Below the pieces are notes generated by a model. The model was not told the origin of the DNA. It worked only from the letters and a program-made list of their open reading frames with translations, and did not search any database. A program made the position numbers and the translations under genes. DNA of 64,000 bases from Alphaproteobacteria bacterium (lineage in GTDB: Bacteria > Pseudomonadota > Alphaproteobacteria > Rhizobiales > Amorphaceae): assembly GCA_030431335.1 (NCBI GenBank), contig JAUIJH010000003.1, forward strand, positions 5,496-69,495, written 5' to 3'. Each line of letters opens with the position of its first letter. The stretch's first letter is position 1. Below, piece by piece: positions 1 through 9,592 of this stretch.

Positions 1-1127
1 ATGTGGCTGGCGGCATAGGCGAGGTAGTAGATCGAGCCGACACCGCGCACGCCGTAGGCCGCCACCACCGCTCGGTCGCGGCCGACGATGTCGGTGCCGA
101 GCATCGATACCCAGCCCGCGAGGGGGCGGACGAGCACGATCAGCGCCGCTGCGATGATCACGTGGCTGAGCGTGAGGTCGGGCAGGAGCAGCGGCAGCGT
201 GCCGCCGAGCGTCACCAGGATCAGCGCGGTGAGCCCATGCTCGATGGCCTCGGAGAAGTCGTGCAGCCGGCGGTGATAGGCGTGTGCCGGCCGGATGCCG
301 CGCAGCGTGAGGCCCATCACGAAGACGGCGATGAAGCCGTAGCCCTCGAAGAGCTCCGTGGCACCATAGCAGAACAGGATGCCGGCCAGCGCGATGACGC
401 CCGACGCCGTGTTCGCCAGCGGCGCCTGGCGCGGCACCACGAACAGGATGTGGCCCAGCAGCCAGCCGAATCCCCACCCCAGCACGGCGCCGACGCCGAT
501 GCGGTAGACGAGGTCCCGCAAGATCCACTCGGTGCCCCATTGGAGGGGGTCGAACCCGTTGGCCGCGACCAGGAGGCCGAGATAGACGAACGGAAAGGCG
601 AGGCCGTCGTTGAGGCCGGCCTCGGTGGTGAGCGTCAGGCGGACGGGGTGCTCCTTGCCCTCCAGCGGCGGGCCCACCTGGACATCGCCGGCCAGCACCG
701 GGTCGGTGGGCGACAGCACCGCGCCCAGCATGATCGCGCCGGCAATCGTCATCGCGCCGACGAAGTAGCCGAGCAGGGCGACGGCGAAGATGGTGAGCGG
801 CATCGCGATCAGGAGGAGCTGGAGCGTCGGGCGCCAGCGGGTGAAACTGTAGATCTTGTCGATCTTCAGCCCGGTGCCGAACAGCGCCGCGATCACCGCG
901 ATCTCGCTGGCGTACTCCCAAAGCTTGGGATTCTCGCGCGGGTCGATCGCAGCGGGCATCCCCGGCACCAGCGAAAAGCCGATCGCGCCGAAGATGATGA
1001 GGAGACCCGACGCGGCCGGTTCCCGGTTGGAGACGAAGCGCGGCACCCAGTAGGCCAGGATGACGAGGCCCCCCACCATGGCGATCAGCACGTGGTAGGG
1101 GTCGAACGCGAAGAATGCGTCTTCCAT
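1..1127 (-). CDS. Cation:proton antiporter (CPA1/NhaP-like), 3' end runs off the window
   Basis: Not in the ORF track (no stop inside the window). Hand translation from ATG 1127 (SD GGAGGTGA): MEDAFFAFDPYHVLIAM..., hydrophobic helices, LSPTDPVLAGDVQVGPP, LTTEAGLNDGLAFPF, YGVRGVGSIYYLAYA. Confidence 0.9.
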   Translation of the reverse strand, partial: MEDAFFAFDPYHVLIAMVGGLVILAYWVPRFVSNREPAASGLLIIFGAIGFSLVPGMPAAIDPRENPKLWEYASEIAVIAALFGTGLKIDKIYSFTRWRPTLQLLLIAMPLTIFAVALLGYFVGAMTIAGAIMLGAVLSPTDPVLAGDVQVGPPLEGKEHPVRLTLTTEAGLNDGLAFPFVYLGLLVAANGFDPLQWGTEWILRDLVYRIGVGAVLGWGFGWLLGHILFVVPRQAPLANTASGVIALAGILFCYGATELFEGYGFIAVFVMGLTLRGIRPAHAYHRRLHDFSEAIEHGLTALILVTLGGTLPLLLPDLTLSHVIIAAALIVLVRPLAGWVSMLGTDIVGRDRAVVAAYGVRGVGSIYYLAYAASH

Positions 1128-1427
1128 GGCCTCACCTCCCTCGCGTCGTGGGAGGGGACGCAAGGGGGGGAAGGCCATGGCGAACTGCCGGCAACGCGCG
1201 GGCGGCGCGGCGGCGGTTGTCCGCGCGCAGCGGGGGAAATTGCGGGTTCGTGGGGATGGGGTGGCTCCTTGCCCTCGGTTTGCCGTGCCTAGGTGAACGC
1301 GGCGGGCACGGTTCGGTTGCGCCGGCGGCCCATGGCCGCGACGTCGCGGGGGCGCCGTGGTGCGCGCGGCGGCGACCGATGCGGGCGAAATCGGCGCGCC
1401 AAGGCCGCAGGCGCGTGTGGGCGGAGC

Positions 1428-2567
1428 CTAAGGCTGCGTCGTCGCGGCGAGGAGCGTTTCGGCCGCGAACGTGCACTGCGCGTCGGTGAGGTGGGGGCCG
1501 ACGGGCACGCCGAGCAGATGCTCCGCGAGCCGTTCGGTGACCGGGAAGGCGCCGCGCCCATGGCCGAGATCGCGATAGACCGGCTGCAGATGGAGGGGCG
1601 GCGCGTAGGGCAGGGCCGTGGCGATCTGCGCGGCGGCGAGCGACTCGCGCACCGCGTCGCGCCGGTCGAGATGGACGACGTAGTTGCGATAGGTGTGGCG
1701 CACGCCGGGCCGCTCGGGTGGCGCCGTCACCGCGCTGCCGGCGAACGCTCGCCCGTAGATCGCGGCGAGCTCGCGCCGGCGCGCGATGGAAGCGGCGAGG
1801 CGCGGCAGCTTGGCGCGCAAGACGGCCGCCTGCATCTCGTCGAGCCGTTCGTTCATGCCCTCTTCGACGTGATGCAGCGTGGCGCCGGTGCCGAAGGTCT
1901 TGTAGTGGCGCGCGCGGTCCTGCCCGTAGGCGACGAGGCGCTCCATGCGGTCGGCCAGCGCCGGATCGTCGGTGACGGCCATGCCCGCCGTGCCGAAGGC
2001 GCCGAGGTGCTTGGTGGGGGCGAAGGAGAAGCAGGTAATGGTGGCGAGCGTGCCGACCGGGCGCCCCTCGATGCAGGCGCCGAGCGAGAGGCACGCGTCG
2101 GCGACCACCGGCAGGCTGTGCCGGGCGGCCAGCGCGTTGAGCCGGTCCATGTCGGCGGGGTGGCCGTAGAGGTCGACGGGCAGCAGCGCGCGCGTGCGCG
2201 CGGCGATGGCGGCGGCCGCTGCGCCGGGATCCATGTTGGCCGTGTCCGGCTCCACATCGACCCACACCGCCTTGGCGCCGACGCTGTGGATGGCGGCCGT
2301 GGTCATGATGTCGGAATTGGGCGTGGTGATCACCTCGTCGCCCGGGCCGATGCCGAGCGCCCGCAACGCCACCTTCAGCGCCGCCCCGCCCGAATTGGTG
2401 CCGACCGCGCGGCGCACGCCCAGCGTCGCGGCGAACTCGGCCTCGAAGGCGGGGGCTTCCTCGCCCCAATCGAGCCGCCCGCTGGCCAGCACGCGCTGGA
2501 TGGCGCTGTCGAAGAGGTCGCGCTCGCGCCGGTAGAGCGCGGCGTGGTCGTACATGGGAACGCGCAT
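1428..2567 (-). CDS. DegT/DnrJ/EryC1/StrS family PLP-dependent (sugar) aminotransferase
   Basis: FEAEFAA, NSGGAALKVALRALGIGPGDEVIT, PVDLYGHPADM, VADACLSLGA, SFAPTKHLGAFG (PLP Lys), NERLDEMQAAVL. Confidence 0.93.
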   Translation of the reverse strand: MRVPMYDHAALYRRERDLFDSAIQRVLASGRLDWGEEAPAFEAEFAATLGVRRAVGTNSGGAALKVALRALGIGPGDEVITTPNSDIMTTAAIHSVGAKAVWVDVEPDTANMDPGAAAAAIAARTRALLPVDLYGHPADMDRLNALAARHSLPVVADACLSLGACIEGRPVGTLATITCFSFAPTKHLGAFGTAGMAVTDDPALADRMERLVAYGQDRARHYKTFGTGATLHHVEEGMNERLDEMQAAVLRAKLPRLAASIARRRELAAIYGRAFAGSAVTAPPERPGVRHTYRNYVVHLDRRDAVRESLAAAQIATALPYAPPLHLQPVYRDLGHGRGAFPVTERLAEHLLGVPVGPHLTDAQCTFAAETLLAATTQP

Positions 2568-2570
2568 CGC

Positions 2571-2963
2571 TCAGCGCGCCGGAAGATAGGCGACGGCCTC
2601 GAATTCCACGCGGGCCTCCACGGTGCCGAGGCCCGCGATGATGAGCCCGGTGTGGGGCGGACGGTGGCTGCCGAACACCTCGCGGCGGATCGCCGAGACG
2701 GTGGGGCCGTCCGCCCGGTCGGTGAGGATGGTGGTGAGCTTGACCACATCGCTTAGCGAGCCGCCGGCCGCCGCGAGCACGGTTTTCAGGTTGTCGAGCG
2801 CGAGACGGGCTTGCGAGGCGGCGTCCGGTCCGGCGAGGTTGCCGTCCGCGTCCTTGCCGATCTGGCCGGCGATGAACAGAAAGTCGCCGGCGCGCATGGC
2901 CTGGACGTAGCTTTCGGTTCGGTACATGCCGGCCGGATCGATGATCTTGTCCCCGTCGCTCAT
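2571..2963 (-). CDS. Rid (YjgF/YER057c/UK114) family protein
   Basis: YVQAMRAGDFLFIAGQIG, AGGSLSDVVKLT, RVEFEAVAY; the catalytic Arg position reads PPHT. Confidence 0.88.
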   Translation of the reverse strand: MSDGDKIIDPAGMYRTESYVQAMRAGDFLFIAGQIGKDADGNLAGPDAASQARLALDNLKTVLAAAGGSLSDVVKLTTILTDRADGPTVSAIRREVFGSHRPPHTGLIIAGLGTVEARVEFEAVAYLPAR

Positions 2964-2996
2964 CGGACGCCTTCCATCGTTGCTGTTGTTGATATT

Positions 2997-3012
2997 GTAT
3001 ATGGTCGACTAA
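2997..3012. promoter_or_regulatory. Candidate GntR-type operator in divergent Rid/GMC promoter region
   Basis: GTATATGGTCGACTAA in an AT-rich patch; matches sites at 6741, 22404 and 31173. Confidence 0.45.
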
Positions 3013-3060
3013 AGCCTGTCACGCGCGCCGCCCGGCGCCGCCCCTGCCAAGAGGAAGCCC

Positions 3061-4626
3061 ATGTCTATCGATCGGTGCGAGGTGCTCGTCATCGGTGCGG
3101 GACCGACGGGCGCGATTGCCGCGCTCGCGCTCGCCCGACGGGGTCTCGACGTGGTCTGCCTGGAACAGGGCGGCCCCGTCGACGACGAGGCCTTGGGCCG
3201 CGACCGTCCCGACTGGCCGCAGCGCAAGGCGCGCGAGTGGCACGCCAACCCCAACGTGCGCGCCCGGCCGGTCGACGATCCGGTCGACGATGCCGACAGC
3301 GACATCAGGCCGATGTTCTTCCACGGCGTGGGCGGCTCCACCATTATGTGGACGGCGCACGTGCCGCGCTACAAACCCTCCGACTTCCACGTCCGCACCA
3401 CCGACGGCGTCGCCGACGACTGGCCGATCGGCTACGACGACCTGGCCCCGTTCTACGACCGGGTGGAGGCCGAGCTCGGCGTCGCGCTCAAGAAGGGCGA
3501 CCCCTTGGCGCCGCCGCGCACGGGCGACTATGCGGCGCCGCTGCCCATCGGCGCCTCGGGCCGCGCGGTGGCGGCCGCGCTCGACCGGCTCGGCTGGCAC
3601 TGGTGGCCGGTCGACCGGGTGGTGGGGGAGCGCGGCAGCGAGCCGTGCCGGCACGACGGACCGTGCGATTTCGGCTGTGCCACGGGGCGGGCGGCGGCGG
3701 TCGACCGCTCCTTGTGGCCGCGCGCTCTGGCGGCCGGGGCGCACCTTCTCACCCACACGCGGGTGGTGACGTTGGAGGAAAGTGGCGGGGCCGTCACCGG
3801 CGCCGTGGTGCAGGACGCGGGCGGCGCGCGCAGGCGCATCGCGGCCGACGTGGTGATCGTGGCGGCCAACGGCATCGGCACGCCGAAGCTGTTGCTGCAA
3901 TCGGCCAGCCGCTCCTTCCCGGATGGGCTCGGCAATCGCTCCGGCCTCGTCGGCCGCAATTTGATGCTGCACGCCTATGCCGGCACGTACGCGGTGTTTC
4001 CCGAGCCGTTCGGCCCGAGCGATCCGGAGCCGACGGGCGGCATCATCAGCCACCAATTCTACGACAGCGATTCCTCGCGCGGGTTCGTGCGGGGGTCGAA
4101 ATTGCAGCTGATCGCCAGCGCGCGCTCGCTGCCGGTGGCGGCGGGCGAGGTGCCGGGCGCGGACCTTTCGGGCCGCGACCTGACCGACCGCGTCGCCGGC
4201 TTCACCGTGTGCGGGGAGGATCTGCCCGAACTGCACAACCGCATCACGCTGTCCGACAGCCTCACCGACCGGACAGGCCAGCCCGCCGCCAAGATGAGCT
4301 ACCGCCTGTCGGACAATTCGCGCCGGCTCCTGGATTTCGGCCTCGCCCGGGCCGAGGATGCGCTGCGCGAGGCGGGGGCCGACGAAATCTATCATGTGCC
4401 GCTGCGCACCCACACCGGCTTTCACCTGATGGGAACGGCGCGGATGGGAACGGACCCGGAGCGCTCGGTCGTCAACCCGTTCGGCAGGGTGCACGATCTC
4501 GCCAATCTCTACATCGCCGATTCCAGCGTGTTCGTGACCTCGGCGGCGGTCAATCCCACCAACACCGCGATGGCACTGGCGCTGCGCGCGGCCGAGCACA
4601 TCGCGGCATCGCGCCGGGTGGGCTGA
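3061..4626 (+). CDS. GMC family FAD oxidoreductase
   Basis: GAGPTG dinucleotide motif, GVGGSTIMW, C-terminal HLMGTARMG and DSSVFVTSAAVNPTNT; SD GAGG; no signal peptide. Confidence 0.93.
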   Translation: MSIDRCEVLVIGAGPTGAIAALALARRGLDVVCLEQGGPVDDEALGRDRPDWPQRKAREWHANPNVRARPVDDPVDDADSDIRPMFFHGVGGSTIMWTAHVPRYKPSDFHVRTTDGVADDWPIGYDDLAPFYDRVEAELGVALKKGDPLAPPRTGDYAAPLPIGASGRAVAAALDRLGWHWWPVDRVVGERGSEPCRHDGPCDFGCATGRAAAVDRSLWPRALAAGAHLLTHTRVVTLEESGGAVTGAVVQDAGGARRRIAADVVIVAANGIGTPKLLLQSASRSFPDGLGNRSGLVGRNLMLHAYAGTYAVFPEPFGPSDPEPTGGIISHQFYDSDSSRGFVRGSKLQLIASARSLPVAAGEVPGADLSGRDLTDRVAGFTVCGEDLPELHNRITLSDSLTDRTGQPAAKMSYRLSDNSRRLLDFGLARAEDALREAGADEIYHVPLRTHTGFHLMGTARMGTDPERSVVNPFGRVHDLANLYIADSSVFVTSAAVNPTNTAMALALRAAEHIAASRRVG

Positions 4627-4654
4627 CGGGGCGCTCAGAGACGGGGTGCTCAGA
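4625..4654. repeat. 15-bp tandem duplication between convergent genes
   Basis: GACGGGGCGCTCAGA followed directly by GACGGGGTGCTCAGA (14/15 identical). Confidence 0.7.
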
Positions 4655-5630
4655 GAATGTCGTCGCGGATGCAGGCCTTGAGGTGACCGGGTGCGACGGC
4701 CATCGGCTGCGGCACCGTCTCGGCGCATTCGGGTAGCGCGTAGGGGCAGCGGGTGCGAAAGACGCAGCCGGACGGCGGGTTCGCCGGGCTCGGCACGTCG
4801 CCCTCCAGGATGATGCGGCGGCGGTCGGCGTCGGGATCGGGCATCGGCGCGGCCGACAGCAGCGCCTCCGTGTAAGGGTGCTTGGGCACGGTGTAGATGC
4901 GGCTCGCCGGGCCGATCTCCATCAGCCGGCCGAGATACATCACGGCCACCCGGTCCGACACGTACTCCACCACGCTGAGATCGTGCGCGATGAACAGGAG
5001 CGACAGGTTCAATTCCTGCTGCAAGTCCTTCAACAGGTTGATGACTTGCGCCTGTACCGACACATCGAGCGCCGACACCGGCTCGTCCGCCACCAGGAAA
5101 TCCGGGCCCGGGGCGAGAGCGCGGGCGATGCCGATCCGCTGGCGCTGACCGCCGGAGAATTCGTGCGGATAGCGCCCCATGTGGTCGGCGGAGAGGCCGA
5201 CGCGGGTCAACAGCTCGGCCACCCGCTCGCGGCGGTCGCGGGAAGTGCCGATGCCGTGGATCGCAAGGCCCTCGCCGACCAGCGCGTCCACCCGCATGCG
5301 CGGATTGAGGCTCGCGAACGGGTCCTGGAAGATGATGCCGGCGCGCTGGCGGTAGCGCACGCGCGCCTCGGGCGAGAGGTTGCCGATTTCGGCGCCGTCG
5401 AAGCGCACCCGGCCATCGGTGAGCGCGGTGAGGCCGAGCACGGCGCGGCCCACGGTGGTCTTGCCGGAGCCCGATTCGCCGACCAGGCCGAGCACCTCGC
5501 CGCGCCGGATCTCGAAGCTCACATTGTCCACCGCGCGCACCTCGCCGATGCGGCGCTGCAGGATCCCGCCGCGGATCGGGAAGTGCTTGGTGAGGCCGTC
5601 GGCCGCGAGCAGGGCGGGGCCGGCGCTCAT
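4650..5630 (-). CDS. Oligopeptide/dipeptide ABC transporter ATP-binding subunit (DppF/OppF-like)
   Basis: Start at MSAGPALLA within the long track ORF; [24 protein letters not shown]-terminal CVFRTRCP. Confidence 0.95.
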   Translation of the reverse strand: MSAGPALLAADGLTKHFPIRGGILQRRIGEVRAVDNVSFEIRRGEVLGLVGESGSGKTTVGRAVLGLTALTDGRVRFDGAEIGNLSPEARVRYRQRAGIIFQDPFASLNPRMRVDALVGEGLAIHGIGTSRDRRERVAELLTRVGLSADHMGRYPHEFSGGQRQRIGIARALAPGPDFLVADEPVSALDVSVQAQVINLLKDLQQELNLSLLFIAHDLSVVEYVSDRVAVMYLGRLMEIGPASRIYTVPKHPYTEALLSAAPMPDPDADRRRIILEGDVPSPANPPSGCVFRTRCPYALPECAETVPQPMAVAPGHLKACIRDDIL

Positions 5631-6682
5631 GGGGTGTCCTGCCAGCGGATGCAGCGGGCCGTGTGATCGGGGCCGACGTCGAAAAGCGGCGGCTCCTCGG
5701 CACGGCAGGCGTCCACCGCGTGTTCGCAGCGCGGAGCGAAGGGGCAGCCGGGCGGCAGGTCCAGGGGGTTGGGAATGGTGCCGGGAATCGCCACGAGGCG
5801 CGCGCTGCGTCCGGCGGCGCGCTCGGCCCGGTCGACGCGCGGGATGCTGCCCAGCAGGGCGCGCGTATAGGGATGGCGCGGGGTGCGGAAAATCGCCCGC
5901 ACCGGCCCCGCCTCCACCACGCGGCCGCAATACATGATGACGACGCGGTCGGCGATCTCGGCGACCACGCCCATGTCGTGGGTGATGAACAGGACGCTCA
6001 TGCCGCCGGCCTGCTGTTGCAGGCGGCGCAAGAGGTCGAGGATCTGCGCCTGGATCGTCACGTCGAGCGCGGTGGTCGGCTCGTCGGCGATGAGGACGGC
6101 CGGGCGGCAGGCCAGCGCCATCGCGATCATCACGCGCTGACGCATTCCGCCGGAGAGCTCGTACGGATACTGGGCGAGCCGGCGGTCCGGATCGTTGATG
6201 CCCACCTCCTCCAGGAGCGCGGCGGAGCGGCGACGGGCGGCGGCACGGCCGATCCGCTCGTGCTGGCGCACCGTTTCGGCCACTTGGTTGCCGATGGTGT
6301 AGACCGGGTTGAGCGAGGTCATCGGCTCCTGGAACACCATGGCGATCTCGTTGCCGCGGATCGCGCGCATGGTGCGCTCGTCCGCCGTCACGAGGTCGAC
6401 CACCGAGCCGTCGCGCCGGCGAAAGGCGATGGAGCCGCCGGCGATGCGGCCGGGCGGGTCCACCAGGCGCAGCGCCGAAAGGCTCGTCACCGACTTGCCG
6501 GAGCCCGATTCTCCGACGACGGCCACCGTCTCGCCCGCGGCGAGCGAAAAGGACACGCCGTCGACCGCGCGCACCAGCCCGTCCTCCGTCGCGAACTGGG
6601 TGCGCAGATCGGCAAAGCGCAGCACGGGGCCACCGACCCCACCGTCCCTTTCCACGGGTGTCGCCTCGATCTGGACGGCCAT
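5627..6682 (-). CDS. Oligopeptide/dipeptide ABC transporter ATP-binding subunit (DppD/OppD-like)
   Basis: [47 protein letters not shown]; start taken at MAVQIEA (6712 also possible). Confidence 0.95.
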   Translation of the reverse strand: MAVQIEATPVERDGGVGGPVLRFADLRTQFATEDGLVRAVDGVSFSLAAGETVAVVGESGSGKSVTSLSALRLVDPPGRIAGGSIAFRRRDGSVVDLVTADERTMRAIRGNEIAMVFQEPMTSLNPVYTIGNQVAETVRQHERIGRAAARRRSAALLEEVGINDPDRRLAQYPYELSGGMRQRVMIAMALACRPAVLIADEPTTALDVTIQAQILDLLRRLQQQAGGMSVLFITHDMGVVAEIADRVVIMYCGRVVEAGPVRAIFRTPRHPYTRALLGSIPRVDRAERAAGRSARLVAIPGTIPNPLDLPPGCPFAPRCEHAVDACRAEEPPLFDVGPDHTARCIRWQDTP

Positions 6683-6712
6683 GCGGCCCTGCCCCTCCGT
6701 GCGCGTCGGCAT

Positions 6713-6756
6713 TTGACAAACCGTGTGCCGAGTATATCAAATATACCGTCGACAAT
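6713..6756. promoter_or_regulatory. Divergent promoter region with TTGACA and candidate GntR-type operator
   Basis: TTGACA at 6713-6718; ATATACCGTCGACAAT at 6741-6756. Confidence 0.5.
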
Positions 6757-6816
6757 GGCAAGCGGCACCGGAGCGCGCCCTCTTTTATCGTCGGCTTAAA
6801 GAGCAAGAGGCACGCC

Positions 6817-6836
6817 ATGCGAGCAGACCTTTGCGC

Positions 6837-6840
<4 letters not shown>
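6817..6840 (+). CDS. Mini-ORF MRADLCA* overlapping the SDR start (leader peptide or 1-nt frameshift)
   Basis: SD AAGAGG then ATG 6817; its TGA (6838-6840) overlaps the in-frame TTG (6837) of the SDR. Confidence 0.3.
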
Positions 6841-7591
<751 letters not shown>

Positions 7592-7595
<4 letters not shown>

Positions 7596-8320
7596 CGGGC
7601 AGGCTGGGCGGCCGTGTCGCGGTGGTGACGGGCGCCGCCCGTGGCATCGGCCGCGCCGTCGCCGAGCGCTATGCGGTCGAGGGCGCGCGCGTCTTCGCGC
7701 TCGACCGCCTGGCGGAGGAGCTCGACGCCGTGGCCGCGCCCATCGGCGCCCGCGCCATCGCGCTCGACGTCGCGTCGCCGGCGGATGTGGCGCGCGCGTT
7801 CGAGGCTATCATCGCCGAGGCGGGACGCATCGACGTGCTCGCCAACGTCGCCGGCATCATCGTGGAGCGCCCCATCGAGGCGACCAGCGACGCGGACTGG
7901 TTCTCGATCATCGGGGTCAACCTCACCGGCACGTTCCTGTGCTGCCGGGCGGCGCTGCCGGCGATGCGCCCGCTGGGGCGCGGCGCGATCATCAACACCT
8001 CGTCCAACGCGGGCACGCGCGGCAGCGCCAACGAGGTTGCCTATTGCGCCTCCAAGTTCGGCGTCGAGGGGCTGAGCCGGGCGCTCGCCGTCGAGCTGGC
8101 GGCGGACGGCATCGTCGTCAACACCGTGACGCCCGGCACCCCCGTCCACACCGCCATGAGCGAAACCACCTACGGCGCCGAGCAGCGCGCGATCTGGCGC
8201 GATCCGGCTGATATCGCGCCCGCCTACGTGCACCTTGCGCTGACGGGCGGCTCGGCCCCGACGACGGTGCGCGCCTGGGATCTGTGCCAGCGACTTGCCA
8301 ACGGAGAAGCGGCAGCATGA
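7592..8320 (+). CDS. SDR oxidoreductase
   Basis: GTG start overlapping the upstream stop (GTGA); [21 protein letters not shown]. Confidence 0.92.
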
Positions 8321-9552
8321 AGGTCTTTCGCGTCCCGCGCCTGATCGACGGCACGGGCGCCGCGCCGCTCGAGGGGGCGGCGATCCTCGTCGAGGGCGAT
8401 CGCATCGTGGCGGTGGGCCGGCAGGCCGATATCGGCGTGCCGGAAGGCGCCGAGTTGATCGAGCGCGAGGGCGTCACCGCGATCCCCGGGCTGATCGACG
8501 CGCACGTGCACCTCGCTTACAGCGGCATCCCGCATTCGCGCGCCTTCCGCGCGGAGCTCGGCGAACTCTCCTATCCGGCGATCGCGCTGCGCGCGGCGGG
8601 CTATGCGCGCGACACGCTCCGCGCCGGCTTCACCTCGGTGCGCGACATGCACGCCCCCGGCGGCACCATCATCGATCTGCGCGACGCCATCGAGGCGGGC
8701 GCCGTCGAGGGGCCGCGGATCAAGGCGTGCGGGCTGGGGCTGTCGGTGACGGGCGGGCACATGGACCAGCCCGGCTGGGCCGACCATTCGGCCTTCACCG
8801 ACCTCACGCTGCCCTGCGACGGGCCGGAGGGCTTTCGCCTCGGGCTGCGCAAGCAGCTCAAGCGCGGCGCGGATTTCATCAAGATCAACGCCTGCGTCGG
8901 GGCTCGCAAGGATCCCGCCGTCCCCTACCGCCAGGAGATGACGGACGCGGAGATCGAGGCCGTGTGCACCGAGGCGCACGCGCTCGGCCTCAAGGTCGCC
9001 TCGCACACCTCCGGCGGGTCGGGGCTGCTCGCGGCGGTGCGGCTCGGTGTCGACACCATCGAGCACGGCCACTTCGCCGACGACGAGATCCTCGACCTGA
9101 TGGCCGAGCGCGGCACGGTCCTGATCCCGACGTTCCTCGTCAACGAGCGAAATTTCGAGTTCACGCCGGAAGAGCAGGGGATTTCGCCGGCCGGCTGGCG
9201 CTGGCTGAAGGCGGCGCGGGCGGCGAAGTGGGATCTGATGCCGCGGGCGAAGGCGCGCGGCATCGCCATCGTGGCGGGCTCCGACACCGGCTTCATGCTG
9301 GAGCACGGCAAGCGCAATGCCGAGGAGATCACGCTGCTCGTCAAGGGCGGGCTCAGCCCGATGGAGGCGCTCGTCGCGGCCACCTCGGCCGCGGCCGACG
9401 CCATCGAGGTGGAAGCCGGCCGCCTCGCCCCCGGCCTCTATGCCGACATCGTCCTCGTCGCGGGCGATCCCGTCGACGACATCGCCATTCTGGAAGAGCC
9501 CAGCAAGCTCGAAGTGTTCAAGGGCGGCCGCGCCGTCGCGGCCGCCGCCTGA
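8317..9552 (+). CDS. Metal-dependent amidohydrolase (Xaa-Pro dipeptidase-like subgroup)
   Basis: ATGA overlap; PGLIDAHVHL, FIKINA, ASHTSG, IEHG, AGSDTG (all metal ligands present). Confidence 0.93.
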   Translation: MKVFRVPRLIDGTGAAPLEGAAILVEGDRIVAVGRQADIGVPEGAELIEREGVTAIPGLIDAHVHLAYSGIPHSRAFRAELGELSYPAIALRAAGYARDTLRAGFTSVRDMHAPGGTIIDLRDAIEAGAVEGPRIKACGLGLSVTGGHMDQPGWADHSAFTDLTLPCDGPEGFRLGLRKQLKRGADFIKINACVGARKDPAVPYRQEMTDAEIEAVCTEAHALGLKVASHTSGGSGLLAAVRLGVDTIEHGHFADDEILDLMAERGTVLIPTFLVNERNFEFTPEEQGISPAGWRWLKAARAAKWDLMPRAKARGIAIVAGSDTGFMLEHGKRNAEEITLLVKGGLSPMEALVAATSAAADAIEVEAGRLAPGLYADIVLVAGDPVDDIAILEEPSKLEVFKGGRAVAAAA

Positions 9553-9592
9553 CCGGCGGACCCGTCCGCCCCGAGACCGATAGGAGAAGAGC

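Noticed and set aside
1180-1215. EcfG/sigmaT-like GGAAC...CGTT promoter upstream of the antiporter
   Set aside because: The -35 element mismatches and the spacer is about 19 nt, which is too long.
3-1292. 429-aa plus-strand ORF over the antiporter
   Set aside because: Antisense shadow of a gene with clear CPA1 motifs; low-complexity Arg/Ala/Gly-rich translation.
1428-4626. Antibiotic or O-antigen biosynthetic cluster suggested by DegT
   Set aside because: No glycosyltransferase, NDP-sugar synthase, NRPS/PKS or exporter is present; all transporters are importers.
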